The notes beneath the pieces are model-generated. The model was not told the origin of the DNA. It made no database searches and worked only from the letters and a program-made list of their open reading frames with translations. A stretch of DNA of 64,000 nt from a virus (taxonomy: Duplodnaviria > Caudoviricetes), in IMG/VR virus record IMGVR_UViG_3300028549_000365, positions 96,001-160,000 of that record; one strand, given 5' to 3'. The translations under genes and the position numbers were made by a program. Positions 38,872-48,250 of the stretch are shown in pieces (the stretch's first letter is position 1; every line of letters starts with the position of its first letter).

Positions 38872-38978
38872 GTACTTGTAACTCAGAGGTAGAGAACACT
38901 CTAGATTAAACCTAGCACGCGGTACTAGTTAGAATCATTATTAGGGTGAAGTCGTTGGTTCGATTCCAACCAAGTATA
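38872..38978 (+). ncRNA. tRNA-like RNA with a 42-nt anticodon loop
   Basis: GTACTTG/CAAGTAT-A acceptor, CTC/GAG D-stem, CACTC/GGGTG anticodon stem, GTTGG-TTCGATT-CCAAC T-arm. Confidence 0.7.
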
Positions 38979-39003
38979 CGTTGATAATTGTGAAAAAGTA
39001 ATT

Positions 39004-39033
39004 ACAGTAGACTTAACGGTCTACTGTTTTTTT
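39004..39033 (+). terminator. terminator of the tRNA-like cluster
   Basis: ACAGTAGAC-TTAACG-GTCTACTGT followed by a T-tract. Confidence 0.8.
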
Positions 39034-39250
39034 TATATTTATTGTATTATATGACACAATAGTTTAAGTAAAACATTTCCATTTTGCAATTGGTGGAAAA
39101 GATGATGGTTTAATTCCACTACGTGTATGCAAGGTTTGTTGTTGGTCCTTGTTGTTGATTTGTTGTTATGGTGTTCATTTTGCATCATTTCATTTTTTGT
39201 ATATCCTCCTTAAATATAGTAGTAGCGGTGCCGTAAGGTACCTCTACTAT

Positions 39251-39287
39251 GTTTTTTATATCCATATTATTTCAGTCGTATATCATA
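39251..39287 (+). promoter_or_regulatory. repeated early-promoter cassette
   Basis: TTTTTTATATCCAT-5nt-TTCAGTCGTATATCATA is near-identical at 43541-43577; both are followed ~100 nt later by ACTTATAAGGAGT..ATG. Confidence 0.7.
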
Positions 39288-39384
39288 TGTATAGGTCAGC
39301 TATGTGAAATACGTAATTACATAACTGCAAGGTGTTTCTGAAAATAGAAACTAATATTTTTATTTAACTTATAAGGAGTTATAA

Positions 39385-39882
39385 ATGTACGGATTTGATA
39401 TACATATGAGTGGTTACCAATCGGGTAAACCACTTACAAAACTATCTAAACTATTTGACGAGAGTAAAGAGTCTTCTTTACAACTACTAGCTAGTACTGT
39501 CTTCAGTAACGGTAAAAGACAATTGGTGATAGGTAGTGATGATGAGATATCTATTGTGTCGTGTCCTAATGGGATGTATATAGTGTTAATACACACTGAA
39601 GCATTTACTACAGCTATGTTATGTGATAAAACAGGGTATGGTGTACCTGCTTGTTTTACAACAGAATTTGATGGTTATTGTAATGAGTTATCAGACTCAT
39701 TAATAATTAAACATAATGAAGTATTGTATGGTAACAGTATAGATTCTATAACGGATAAAGATATAGCAGAAGAGTTAAACTTATCTATAAAAAGAGCATT
39801 CAAAATTATGGATGAAAAAGATAGATGGGCTAAATCTAAACTAGGTGATAGATACAACGATATAGTTGGTAAATACTTATAA
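39385..39882 (+). CDS. hypothetical early protein
   Basis: 165 aa; TAAGGAG SD. Confidence 0.75.
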   Translation: MYGFDIHMSGYQSGKPLTKLSKLFDESKESSLQLLASTVFSNGKRQLVIGSDDEISIVSCPNGMYIVLIHTEAFTTAMLCDKTGYGVPACFTTEFDGYCNELSDSLIIKHNEVLYGNSIDSITDKDIAEELNLSIKRAFKIMDEKDRWAKSKLGDRYNDIVGKYL

Positions 39883-39888
39883 GGAGTT

Positions 39889-40572
39889 ATGATGGAAAAT
39901 AAACAAATACAAGATACGACCCCAGCTTTTAAACTAAGTGACTTTGTTTTAATATCTGTTAAAGGTGTATTAGTGTGGGTTACTATTACTAGTATAAAGT
40001 ATAACACAAATAAAGGGTTTATATATTATTATGAATATATGGGAGCGGAAGATATATATTCAGGACATATTGAACAAACGGAGTTATTGAAACATAATAG
40101 TTCCACTAATAACGAATGTCCAAAAGAGTTTATGCTAATAGGTTGTAAGTTTAATCGTTTTGATATAAATGGACATGGTGTTATAAAAGAAATAATAATA
40201 GATAATGTTACATTTTATTATAATACGGAATGCACAGTAACAGGAGTTACAATTACTGAGTTAATTAGTCTAATTGAACATATTAATTCGTCATTAAGAA
40301 AAGATATGTTTAGATATAATTTTGATACAAGAGTAACACGTTCTATTGTTAATGAAGTGGATAATAAAGTGAAAGAATATAAAACTAATTACAACTCTCT
40401 TACATCAGAAATCTCTAAGAGAGAAATGCGCGGAGACATAGCTAATCTTAATCAATATAAAAGTGATCTAATTATTAGATGGAGAAGTAATTTAAACAAA
40501 ACAAAAAGATTAACTATGCTTGTAAAAGAAAATGAAGCTACATTAAAAATAGCTAAACAAATAAAAGAATAA
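39889..40572 (+). CDS. hypothetical early protein, C-terminal coiled coil
   Basis: 227 aa; TAAGGAG SD. Confidence 0.7.
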   Translation: MMENKQIQDTTPAFKLSDFVLISVKGVLVWVTITSIKYNTNKGFIYYYEYMGAEDIYSGHIEQTELLKHNSSTNNECPKEFMLIGCKFNRFDINGHGVIKEIIIDNVTFYYNTECTVTGVTITELISLIEHINSSLRKDMFRYNFDTRVTRSIVNEVDNKVKEYKTNYNSLTSEISKREMRGDIANLNQYKSDLIIRWRSNLNKTKRLTMLVKENEATLKIAKQIKE

Positions 40573-40581
40573 AGGGAAAAA

Positions 40582-40884
40582 ATGAAAAAAGTAATTTTAA
40601 TGGTATTAATGTTAGCTAGTATAACACTAGCAGATAAGTTAGAAGTAAAAGAGTTATATTTAGAAGATGATTCTTCTGGTATACCTATACTGTATACACA
40701 TACAAGTGAGTATCTTTATGTCTCGTACGATGGATTTGATATTCGTTGTAAAGAAGTTAAAGGTAAAGTTAGATGTCAAGAACTTGTTACACCTGGTAAC
40801 AAATGGGTGATATCTGATATGTCAGATTACTCTGATGATCTTATGTATGTTATTAAAGACAACATCCATAATGTAGGTAGATAG
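40582..40884 (+). CDS. small exported protein
   Basis: Signal peptide MKKVILMVLMLASITLA; followed by a palindromic terminator at 40894-40917. Confidence 0.7.
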   Translation: MKKVILMVLMLASITLADKLEVKELYLEDDSSGIPILYTHTSEYLYVSYDGFDIRCKEVKGKVRCQELVTPGNKWVISDMSDYSDDLMYVIKDNIHNVGR

Positions 40885-41032
40885 ACTAATATTATAGAAC
40901 ACGATATCGTGTTCTATTTTTTTTTGTCTATATTTTTTTAAACATATATTATTAATATAGGGATGTGACACCTTGTTATAACATAACTAAAGTCAACAAC
41001 ATGTTTTGCGCAAAACATATAAGGAGACCAAC

Positions 41033-42484
41033 ATGGCAGTATCACAAAGTTTTACCAACTTCGATACTTATTTCATCGCGACAGAGGGCGATAAGATTAT
41101 CATTAATGATCTTAATTACTATACTCTATCCGATACAGAGTTATTAAATAAGAACTTAATGACTGTATATGATTCAGACAGCATATCGACTATACCAACT
41201 TGTGACTGTGGATATTTTAAAGGTAACTATAAACTTAATCACATGTGTTCAACATGCGGTACAGCTGTTAGAGATCCGTTTCATAAGGTAAAACCTTATC
41301 TATGGTTAAAAGCTTTAGATGCTGAGCACCTGTTTATAAACCCTACATTCTGGATGATGCTTAAAACAGCTATACATAAGAAGATAGATTATCTTAGATA
41401 TCTTTCTGATCCTAAGTTTAATCCACCTATAGACTTACCGCCTTATATTATAGGTTTAAAAGCTATAGTAGGTGAACGTACATATAGTAATTTGATAAAC
41501 AACATAGAAAATATACTTGTGTATTTAATTAATCATTCAGCATTTAAAGATTATGATAAGCAAGAAACATTAAAAGATGTGTTATCACTATATATATACA
41601 ATAAACCTAAATTGTATTCTAGTTATTTACCTATTATAAATAAGAAAATGTTCGTAATGGAAAATACTAATATGGGTAAGTTTACTAACTTAGCTGTATC
41701 TGAAGTTATAGATGTTGTTATGCTATGGATAAAAACTGTATCTGATGACGAGCTTACACCTAAAAGAGTATCTGCTACTACAGTTAACACCATTAGTAAA
41801 CTGGCGTTATTATACGACGATTATTTCGATAAGTACTTACTTAAGAAACCAGGTGCGATAAGAAAGCATATATACGGAGCAAGAAGTCACTTTACATTCA
41901 GAGCCGTTATTATATCGATTCCTGGTCCACATCAGCACGACGAGATACATGTACCATGGTCTATAGGTGTAACTGCGTTTAGACCACATCTTATTAATAA
42001 ACTAGTTAATCAACGAGGTTATAAGTATAAAGATGCTAGTGCGTTATTATATCGCAGTGTAAAGTTACATAGTCATATTATAGAGGAACTACTTAATGAG
42101 TTGATAAACGATGCACCGAACAAAAGGATTCCAGTTATATTACATAGAAATCCTTCACTGTTACAAGGTTCAACTCAACTAGTAGGTATTTCTAAGTTTA
42201 AGAATGACCCATATGATATGTGTATATCTATGTCTATTCTTATAGCAAAATCACCTAATGCAGACTTCGATGGTGATGAGTTAAATGTAATTATACTAAA
42301 TGATAATTTTATGGCGGAAGAGTTTAAAACACTTAGACCGTTTTACAATGTTCCTGATCTTAGTAAGCCTTTTAGTATAAGTGGAAACTTAACATTATTA
42401 AGTCCAGCCAATAATATATTATCTAACTTCCTAAGTGATAAAGAAGAACATCCAGAACAAGATACAATAGCACATTTATTATAA
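41033..42484 (+). CDS. rpoC: non-virion RNA polymerase beta' N-terminal/catalytic subunit (phiKZ gp55-like)
   Basis: PNADFDGDE catalytic motif, CDCG..CSTC zinc finger, HRNPSL, RAVIISI; the AAGGAG SD supports start 41033. Confidence 0.9.
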   Translation: MAVSQSFTNFDTYFIATEGDKIIINDLNYYTLSDTELLNKNLMTVYDSDSISTIPTCDCGYFKGNYKLNHMCSTCGTAVRDPFHKVKPYLWLKALDAEHLFINPTFWMMLKTAIHKKIDYLRYLSDPKFNPPIDLPPYIIGLKAIVGERTYSNLINNIENILVYLINHSAFKDYDKQETLKDVLSLYIYNKPKLYSSYLPIINKKMFVMENTNMGKFTNLAVSEVIDVVMLWIKTVSDDELTPKRVSATTVNTISKLALLYDDYFDKYLLKKPGAIRKHIYGARSHFTFRAVIISIPGPHQHDEIHVPWSIGVTAFRPHLINKLVNQRGYKYKDASALLYRSVKLHSHIIEELLNELINDAPNKRIPVILHRNPSLLQGSTQLVGISKFKNDPYDMCISMSILIAKSPNADFDGDELNVIILNDNFMAEEFKTLRPFYNVPDLSKPFSISGNLTLLSPANNILSNFLSDKEEHPEQDTIAHLL

Positions 42485-42494
42485 GGAGGTAAAT

Positions 42495-43100
42495 ATGCAA
42501 ATAAGAGTTATAAATGGTGGTGAGCAAGCATTCAACGCTATGATATACCAACCGCCTGATCAATCCATACTTAACCATATTAACTCTAGTATGGCTAGAG
42601 TAGGAGAAATAGTCGGAACAGCTGGTACAGCATTCATGGACACAACTAAGTCTCTATATGAGAAGTTTAACAATTCAGCTGTTCTGAACGCAGCTAAATT
42701 AATGGTATATAGCTTAGGTGGACATATGTCGCAAGACCAAATATTTCCACTTAACTATGACAATATGCATACGGCTAATAACATTATGCAACATTACATT
42801 ATGAGTGATTTAACGATTAATAAAATGTATAATGATAATATGTGTTATGGTTTTCAGAATACTTATTATGACTTAGAACAAGGTGTAGTAGGTAAAGATA
42901 GAGAACACTATAAAGCTGTTATGGATGGCGTATTAGAAATAGATGAAGATGGTTATTGTTTTACTAATACATATTCAAGTTCAGATGCAATAGAGTTAAG
43001 TCACTTTGACAAGTATGCTATATTAGATACATGGGCTGAAGCTAAGCGTATGCTAGTTAAAGGAATAGATCCAACATCTCCTGATAGAGATGAATTATAA
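42495..43100 (+). CDS. conserved Chimalliviridae protein downstream of the beta' gene
   Basis: 201 aa; C-terminal DPTS motif; AGGAGG SD. Confidence 0.6.
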   Translation: MQIRVINGGEQAFNAMIYQPPDQSILNHINSSMARVGEIVGTAGTAFMDTTKSLYEKFNNSAVLNAAKLMVYSLGGHMSQDQIFPLNYDNMHTANNIMQHYIMSDLTINKMYNDNMCYGFQNTYYDLEQGVVGKDREHYKAVMDGVLEIDEDGYCFTNTYSSSDAIELSHFDKYAILDTWAEAKRMLVKGIDPTSPDRDEL

Positions 43101-43111
43101 AAAGGAAAAAT

Positions 43112-43498
43112 ATGATAAGTGGTAATGGAATATTAAAGGTTTGGAGTATAGCTGTAGGTGTAATACTTATTACGTTAGGTATAGCACTTACGTTGACTAT
43201 GGGATATAAATATTATTCAGTATGGGGTATGGAGATGGAAGGTAAAGCTAAACTAGCTGAATCTTCTCAATCTAGACAAATAGCTGTAGAACAAGCTAGA
43301 GCTGAAAGAGACGCATCTAAATTAAGAGCAGAGGCTATTAGTATAATGGGTAAAGCAGCTAAAGATTTTCCAGAATATAGAACTCAAGAGTTTATGGGTA
43401 GTTTTGGAGAAGCGTTAAGAGAAGGTAAAATATCTCAGATTATGTATGTTCCAACTGAAGGTAACATTCCAATAATGGAAGCCAATAGGTTGAAATAA
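43112..43498 (+). CDS. membrane-anchored coiled-coil protein (HflC/Band-7-related phage family)
   Basis: N-terminal TM, AEAISIMG helix, YVPTEGNIPIMEA C-terminus. Confidence 0.65.
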   Translation: MISGNGILKVWSIAVGVILITLGIALTLTMGYKYYSVWGMEMEGKAKLAESSQSRQIAVEQARAERDASKLRAEAISIMGKAAKDFPEYRTQEFMGSFGEALREGKISQIMYVPTEGNIPIMEANRLK

Positions 43499-43676
43499 TA
43501 ATAAGTAAGTAACACACACAGATACTCTGTGTGTGTTATTTTTTTTTATATCCATTTTTATTCAGTCGTATATCATAATTGTAGATCAAGTATAGTAATC
43601 TGACTATACTGTGTTGTTTTGGTAACAGAACTAATACAAGGAGTAATGTCCTCATTCTACTTATAAGGAGTATATA

Positions 43677-44063
43677 ATGGAAACACCAAAATTAAAAGCT
43701 GGAACAAATGGAATGATAGTGTTGGAATACAACGGAAATACATACGCTACGTTTAGTACATTATCATTTAAGCCAACAAACACTGGTTGGTTAATTGTGC
43801 AAAACGATACACTGTATAAGGCTGTAACACTTATCGACGATAACTTAGAAGTTGTAGACAGTGTAATTTATACTGAACCTTTAGATGTTGTAGATGCTAC
43901 ATGTTCAGATAAAGAATTGCTATTGAGTTTCATGGAACTGTTGACAAGTGGTAAAGCTACTGCTGAGTTATCTCTAGCTATTAACGCCATAGCGGGTCAA
44001 CTACATATGCAATATGTTAGTGTAGCTTTAAATAGAAAGGAATATAAAGCTAAAGTAGCGTAG
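43677..44063 (+). CDS. hypothetical early protein
   Basis: Follows the second copy of the promoter cassette. Confidence 0.7.
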   Translation: METPKLKAGTNGMIVLEYNGNTYATFSTLSFKPTNTGWLIVQNDTLYKAVTLIDDNLEVVDSVIYTEPLDVVDATCSDKELLLSFMELLTSGKATAELSLAINAIAGQLHMQYVSVALNRKEYKAKVA

Positions 44064-44094
44064 AGGAAACCCTCTACACTATCTTATTTTTTTT

Positions 44095-44793
44095 TCATAC
44101 AGTGCTAAAGTAAGCAGTCTTTATTAGAGTCATTGTTATCATACTAGCAGCTCCGACCATTATTTGTTTAAAGATATCAGCCTTTATTTCGCTAGGTTTC
44201 ATATTACCATAAACTATAGAAGGACCTATTAAGTTTATATCTATCATAGGTACAGTATATATTCCGTTAGTTGCTATTTGTGTTTCTAACCATTTAACAG
44301 AATCATATTTTATAATAGTACCTACATTACCAACACACCATTTACTATTTAGTTCATAATTATCTACACTAACTATTCTAACACCTATATCAGGTATTCT
44401 CGACATTAGTAAGTGTTCTAAATTATGTTGTTCTTCTAAATCTAAATTATACGGATGTATATTTAAATATACTATTAGTAATGACTTATCACCAGTTATA
44501 ACTTTATGTTCCAAAGCTTCTATACAGTATTTAGTTAACATATTTATCATAGGTGTTGGTGTGGCTAATAATAAAACTTCTTTATCTCTATTATCGTAAA
44601 AACTATAAAACATATCTTGTGGTATTACCCCAAATCTATCTATACGTCTTTTATGGTAATTTCTATCACGCATCGCTTCTATAGCAGTATCTTTGTCTAA
44701 TGCATATAATACAGGTAGTCTAGTATCAAATAGAGCGTCTAGGTCTATAAAGATGTTACTAGTTGTTGTGTTAATACTCTCCATACGTACCAC
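44095..44793 (-). CDS. HAD-like conserved phage protein
   Basis: IFIDLDALFDTRL, a DxD motif after a beta strand. Confidence 0.55.
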   Translation of the reverse strand: MVRMESINTTTSNIFIDLDALFDTRLPVLYALDKDTAIEAMRDRNYHKRRIDRFGVIPQDMFYSFYDNRDKEVLLLATPTPMINMLTKYCIEALEHKVITGDKSLLIVYLNIHPYNLDLEEQHNLEHLLMSRIPDIGVRIVSVDNYELNSKWCVGNVGTIIKYDSVKWLETQIATNGIYTVPMIDINLIGPSIVYGNMKPSEIKADIFKQIMVGAASMITMTLIKTAYFSTV

Positions 44794-45268
44794 CTCCAGG
44801 GTTTTTTATTCTCTCTAAATCATTCTTTTGGGTATTCTGTATATTAGCTAGTTCAGCTTGTAGTTTAGCTATGTTAGCTATCGCTACTTTATTATACATA
44901 ACTCTAGAGTACGTAGTTAAATCTAAATACTCATTAACAGTTATATTAAAAAACTTTTTAATATCGTATCTGATATACTCATCAAGAACTTCCTCATACC
45001 TAGTATAAACATATAAAGATTCTTCTTGTCTAGTAACTACCGTACTAAATAGGGCTTCAATTTCAGAACTATGCATAGCACAATGTTCTTCGTAGAATAA
45101 TTCACTTATTAACTCAGCGCTCTCAGGGCTAGATAGCTTATTCTTTACTTTATATATAAAGTCTTCTATATACTTAGTAGAGTTAGTTTTGCTATCTAGG
45201 AAATCATAATCTAAGATATGTTTCGTGCTCGTATCTTTGACGTTTTGAGAACGCTTAGGTCGAAAAAA
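44771..45268 (-). CDS. -1-frame extension ('T' part) of the upstream gene; the track ORF is 44771-45076
   Basis: The frame is open for 64 codons upstream of ATG 45076, which lacks an SD; the open stretch includes the slippery site at 45262-45268. Confidence 0.6.
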   Translation of the reverse strand, partial: FFRPKRSQNVKDTSTKHILDYDFLDSKTNSTKYIEDFIYKVKNKLSSPESAELISELFYEEHCAMHSSEIEALFSTVVTRQEESLYVYTRYEEVLDEYIRYDIKKFFNITVNEYLDLTTYSRVMYNKVAIANIAKLQAELANIQNTQKNDLERIKNPGGGTYGEY

Positions 45269-46770
45269 TGTTCTAACATATTGATAGGTATAAATTCTTT
45301 AAATGGACCTTTCTTACTAGCATTTTGGTCAGCTTCTCTTTCCTTAGCTAAACAATTAGGACAAGTAAAGTTAGCTGTAGCAGCTATAGCGACAACGTTA
45401 TCAGAAATGTAGTTTCTAACACCAGCTGTATATTCAGTCATAACTCTTTCATCACCACTTAACATATCTAGAATAGCATTAACATCAGCACGCTCATCAA
45501 CTACTGTATCATCAAGTTCTATCTTTGTAACATATACATTGTATATACCTAAAACAACAGCTGATAAAGTATCTCTTATTTTACCATTTTTTAACTCTTT
45601 AGTATCACTATCTGTAAATAACTCTTGAGCGTTATTAATAATAGTTTCTATCCATTCTTCACCGTTATCTATATATGTAGCAAGTGTAGGTGCTTTTAAA
45701 GTCATTCTAACAAGACTGTTGTTAGAAGTAGTTAAATCAATAACTTTGATTAAGTCAACATTTAACTTTATCTGGTAGTCTCTAATTTGATCAATAGTTT
45801 TACTATCAGGTCTTCTAACACTCATATGAGTTTTTGCTTCCTCTGATAATATCTTCTTGTCAACTTTAAGTAACTTAATAGGTTTAACTTCAGAAGCTAC
45901 AGTATAATCACAAATAGGTTTATCATTAACAAGAACAGCTGTATTTACACAGTTTCTTATAATAGAATAACCTTCTGGGTTCATAGCAGATAACATACCT
46001 AACATAAGAGGATATAAATCTTGCACCATGATAATATCTTTAATATCTACGTCAGCAGGTAGCTTAACGGAAGTGTTAATGATATGTGACACAATGAAGT
46101 CTACAATGATTCTAGTATAAATAACAGAATAGTTAGAGTAAATCAAAGTAGCTGTTTCTCTTCCCAGTCTTATCTCATTTTCAGCTAATGCTATTTCAAG
46201 GTTGATTATATCGCTATCTTTAGGAGGTCTTATAGTAACCCAAAACCCACTATGCCAAAGCGGAACCATAACATGTTCACCTATACCTAACTTAGAAGAG
46301 AACTTAGCTACAGCAGCGCTACCAGTTAATTTACCAGTTGAGTTAATAGGAACATTACTTATTGTTAGACTCTTATCTCCGAATTTAACATCGTTTACCC
46401 AGTTTTCTGGTTCGTCGTTTAATTTTCTTACGAAGATATCTTTCTCTATAGTTGTGCCTACTGATTGTAAGTTTATACCTGTAGCAGTGATTTCTTTCTT
46501 ACTATATAAACCTTTAAACTTTTCTTCAGACATACCATTGATAGCATCCAACAGTTTATCTAATTTGTCGTATAAAGTTGTTGGTAACATAACAGCTTTA
46601 GTTTTATCGTCTTCTTCTGTATACTCATGTTCATTTACATACTCGCTAGCGTGACTATGTCTATCACCAGGTTCTATAATGGGTTGTACTACAGTTTCCT
46701 GTGCGATATTTTCAGTTGGATAAAGTTCGATCTCTTCATCTACGATAGTGTTATCATTAGTAATATCCAT
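45211..46770 (-). CDS. putative tail/baseplate hub assembly chaperone (T4 gp26/gp51-like segments)
   Basis: PLWHSGFWVTIRPP, QDLYPLML, LKAPTL and C-terminal CPNC; ends near a slippery heptamer. Confidence 0.5.
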   Translation of the reverse strand: MDITNDNTIVDEEIELYPTENIAQETVVQPIIEPGDRHSHASEYVNEHEYTEEDDKTKAVMLPTTLYDKLDKLLDAINGMSEEKFKGLYSKKEITATGINLQSVGTTIEKDIFVRKLNDEPENWVNDVKFGDKSLTISNVPINSTGKLTGSAAVAKFSSKLGIGEHVMVPLWHSGFWVTIRPPKDSDIINLEIALAENEIRLGRETATLIYSNYSVIYTRIIVDFIVSHIINTSVKLPADVDIKDIIMVQDLYPLMLGMLSAMNPEGYSIIRNCVNTAVLVNDKPICDYTVASEVKPIKLLKVDKKILSEEAKTHMSVRRPDSKTIDQIRDYQIKLNVDLIKVIDLTTSNNSLVRMTLKAPTLATYIDNGEEWIETIINNAQELFTDSDTKELKNGKIRDTLSAVVLGIYNVYVTKIELDDTVVDERADVNAILDMLSGDERVMTEYTAGVRNYISDNVVAIAATANFTCPNCLAKEREADQNASKKGPFKEFIPINMLEHFFDLSVLKTSKIRARNIS

Positions 46771-46771
46771 A

Positions 46772-47317
46772 CTATTCTCCTTTTTGTGTAATTGTAGCTA
46801 AATCACTAACACCTTGGTTATAAGCATTAGAAAGTTCAGTAGCATCTAGTTTAAGTTTAGCAAATACGTCAAGATACATTGTGCTAGAGATATATGCTAT
46901 TTTCTCAGCTGTGTGTATATATTTAGATGCTATACCAAAGTACTCTAATTGTTCATCTGTACCTGTTACAGTACCAGATCTATATTTAGTAGGAATAGAT
47001 ACCCCTGGTTCTATCTCTTCAGTTTCAACAGCATGTTGTAATGAATTTTCAACTATTTCATTAGCTATATCATAGAACGTTTTTACAGCACCATCAACTA
47101 TAGCAAACGCTTCTTTATCATTGTTAAGTTTTTCTTTATAAACAGTAGCTAGTTCTGTAAATAACATTTGTTGTTGTATTAGATCGTCAGCTGCTTCGTT
47201 TCTAGCAAGCTCAAGTTCAGACCAGTCTACTACTTCGTCGGTAAGTTCTTTTTTACCCTCGTCAGTATCTAGTGTGATAATAACATCATTTCTTTCTTCT
47301 TCTTTTACATTTTGCAT
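46772..47317 (-). CDS. hypothetical acidic helical protein
   Basis: 181 aa; AAGGA SD. Confidence 0.7.
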   Translation of the reverse strand: MQNVKEEERNDVIITLDTDEGKKELTDEVVDWSELELARNEAADDLIQQQMLFTELATVYKEKLNNDKEAFAIVDGAVKTFYDIANEIVENSLQHAVETEEIEPGVSIPTKYRSGTVTGTDEQLEYFGIASKYIHTAEKIAYISSTMYLDVFAKLKLDATELSNAYNQGVSDLATITQKGE

Positions 47318-47398
47318 GCATAATCCTTTATTTATATTGGTCTCAGTAATTATGTTATTGTTAAAAAACTATATCAATGACTACATAAAGGAGTAAAC

Positions 47399-48250
47399 AT
47401 GAATGAACAAGAAATTGAGTTTAACGAACTTATATTAAATTATATAACTATGTCATACCCAAAAGAGATACAACTACAAGTTTTAGAAATACTAACTTAC
47501 GTAGTTGATAATGGTAGATATGATGAGTTAGAATATAACATATTAGAAATTGTTTTGACAGATAATGAAGATACTGAAGTTGTTATTGGTAATGTAAATA
47601 CTTTAATATACGACGTTATCTTAGATATACTAATAGATAAAGGTATAAAGTTAGATAAACATAAAATAAACTTTAGATATCTGACATATGTTATAGAAAC
47701 TATTACTAACATAGAACATTATAATGAAGTAAACATTAACCCTGTATTAAATCTATTATCAGACGATGAATTAGATAACGAATCAAAGTTAGCTAAAGCT
47801 ATAGAGATGTACACGGTGTGTTCTTGGATAGAGGTTTATGAGATTATAACACACGTTAGTGAAAATTATATTTATAACTTAGCTAAACGATTAGACAACT
47901 TAGAGCAAAGTTTAGTATTAAATATAGAACTATTAGGAAAACACCCAGAGCTTTCTAATACTAATATAGGTAGACTTATTGTTAACTCTGGTGATGATAC
48001 TCCCACACCGGACGAGTTTCTAGGTAGTCTGTATGATATACTAGCTTTAGTAGGTTATAACACAGAAACAGCTGTTACTGAGTTATGTGCGTTTATAGTT
48101 ATGTGTGTAGAGGTTGACGATAAATTACTTTTCTTGGATAAAACTATTAGAGAGGATATTATGTCGCTAACTTCAGATGGATTAATAACTGATACACTAA
48201 TAAGAAACACTAAAGATAAACTTACTACTTATGTACAAGGAGATAATTAA
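47399..48250 (+). CDS. conserved phiKZ-like virion protein (gp79-like)
   Basis: Acidic 283 aa; coupled to the virion RNAP beta' gene. Confidence 0.55.
   Translation: MNEQEIEFNELILNYITMSYPKEIQLQVLEILTYVVDNGRYDELEYNILEIVLTDNEDTEVVIGNVNTLIYDVILDILIDKGIKLDKHKINFRYLTYVIETITNIEHYNEVNINPVLNLLSDDELDNESKLAKAIEMYTVCSWIEVYEIITHVSENYIYNLAKRLDNLEQSLVLNIELLGKHPELSNTNIGRLIVNSGDDTPTPDEFLGSLYDILALVGYNTETAVTELCAFIVMCVEVDDKLLFLDKTIREDIMSLTSDGLITDTLIRNTKDKLTTYVQGDN

Noticed and set aside
39045-39210. Strong AGGAGG SD on the minus strand after the tRNA cluster
   Set aside because: The nearest ATG gives only Met-Lys-stop, and the 49-aa alternative starts 16 nt away with odd composition; too weak to call.
45211-46770. 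Identification as the nuclear import factor PicA (phiKZ gp69)
   Set aside because: The size is similar, but the gp68/gp71-74-like neighbours are absent and the motifs plus frameshift fit a tail chaperone better; cannot be decided without a search.
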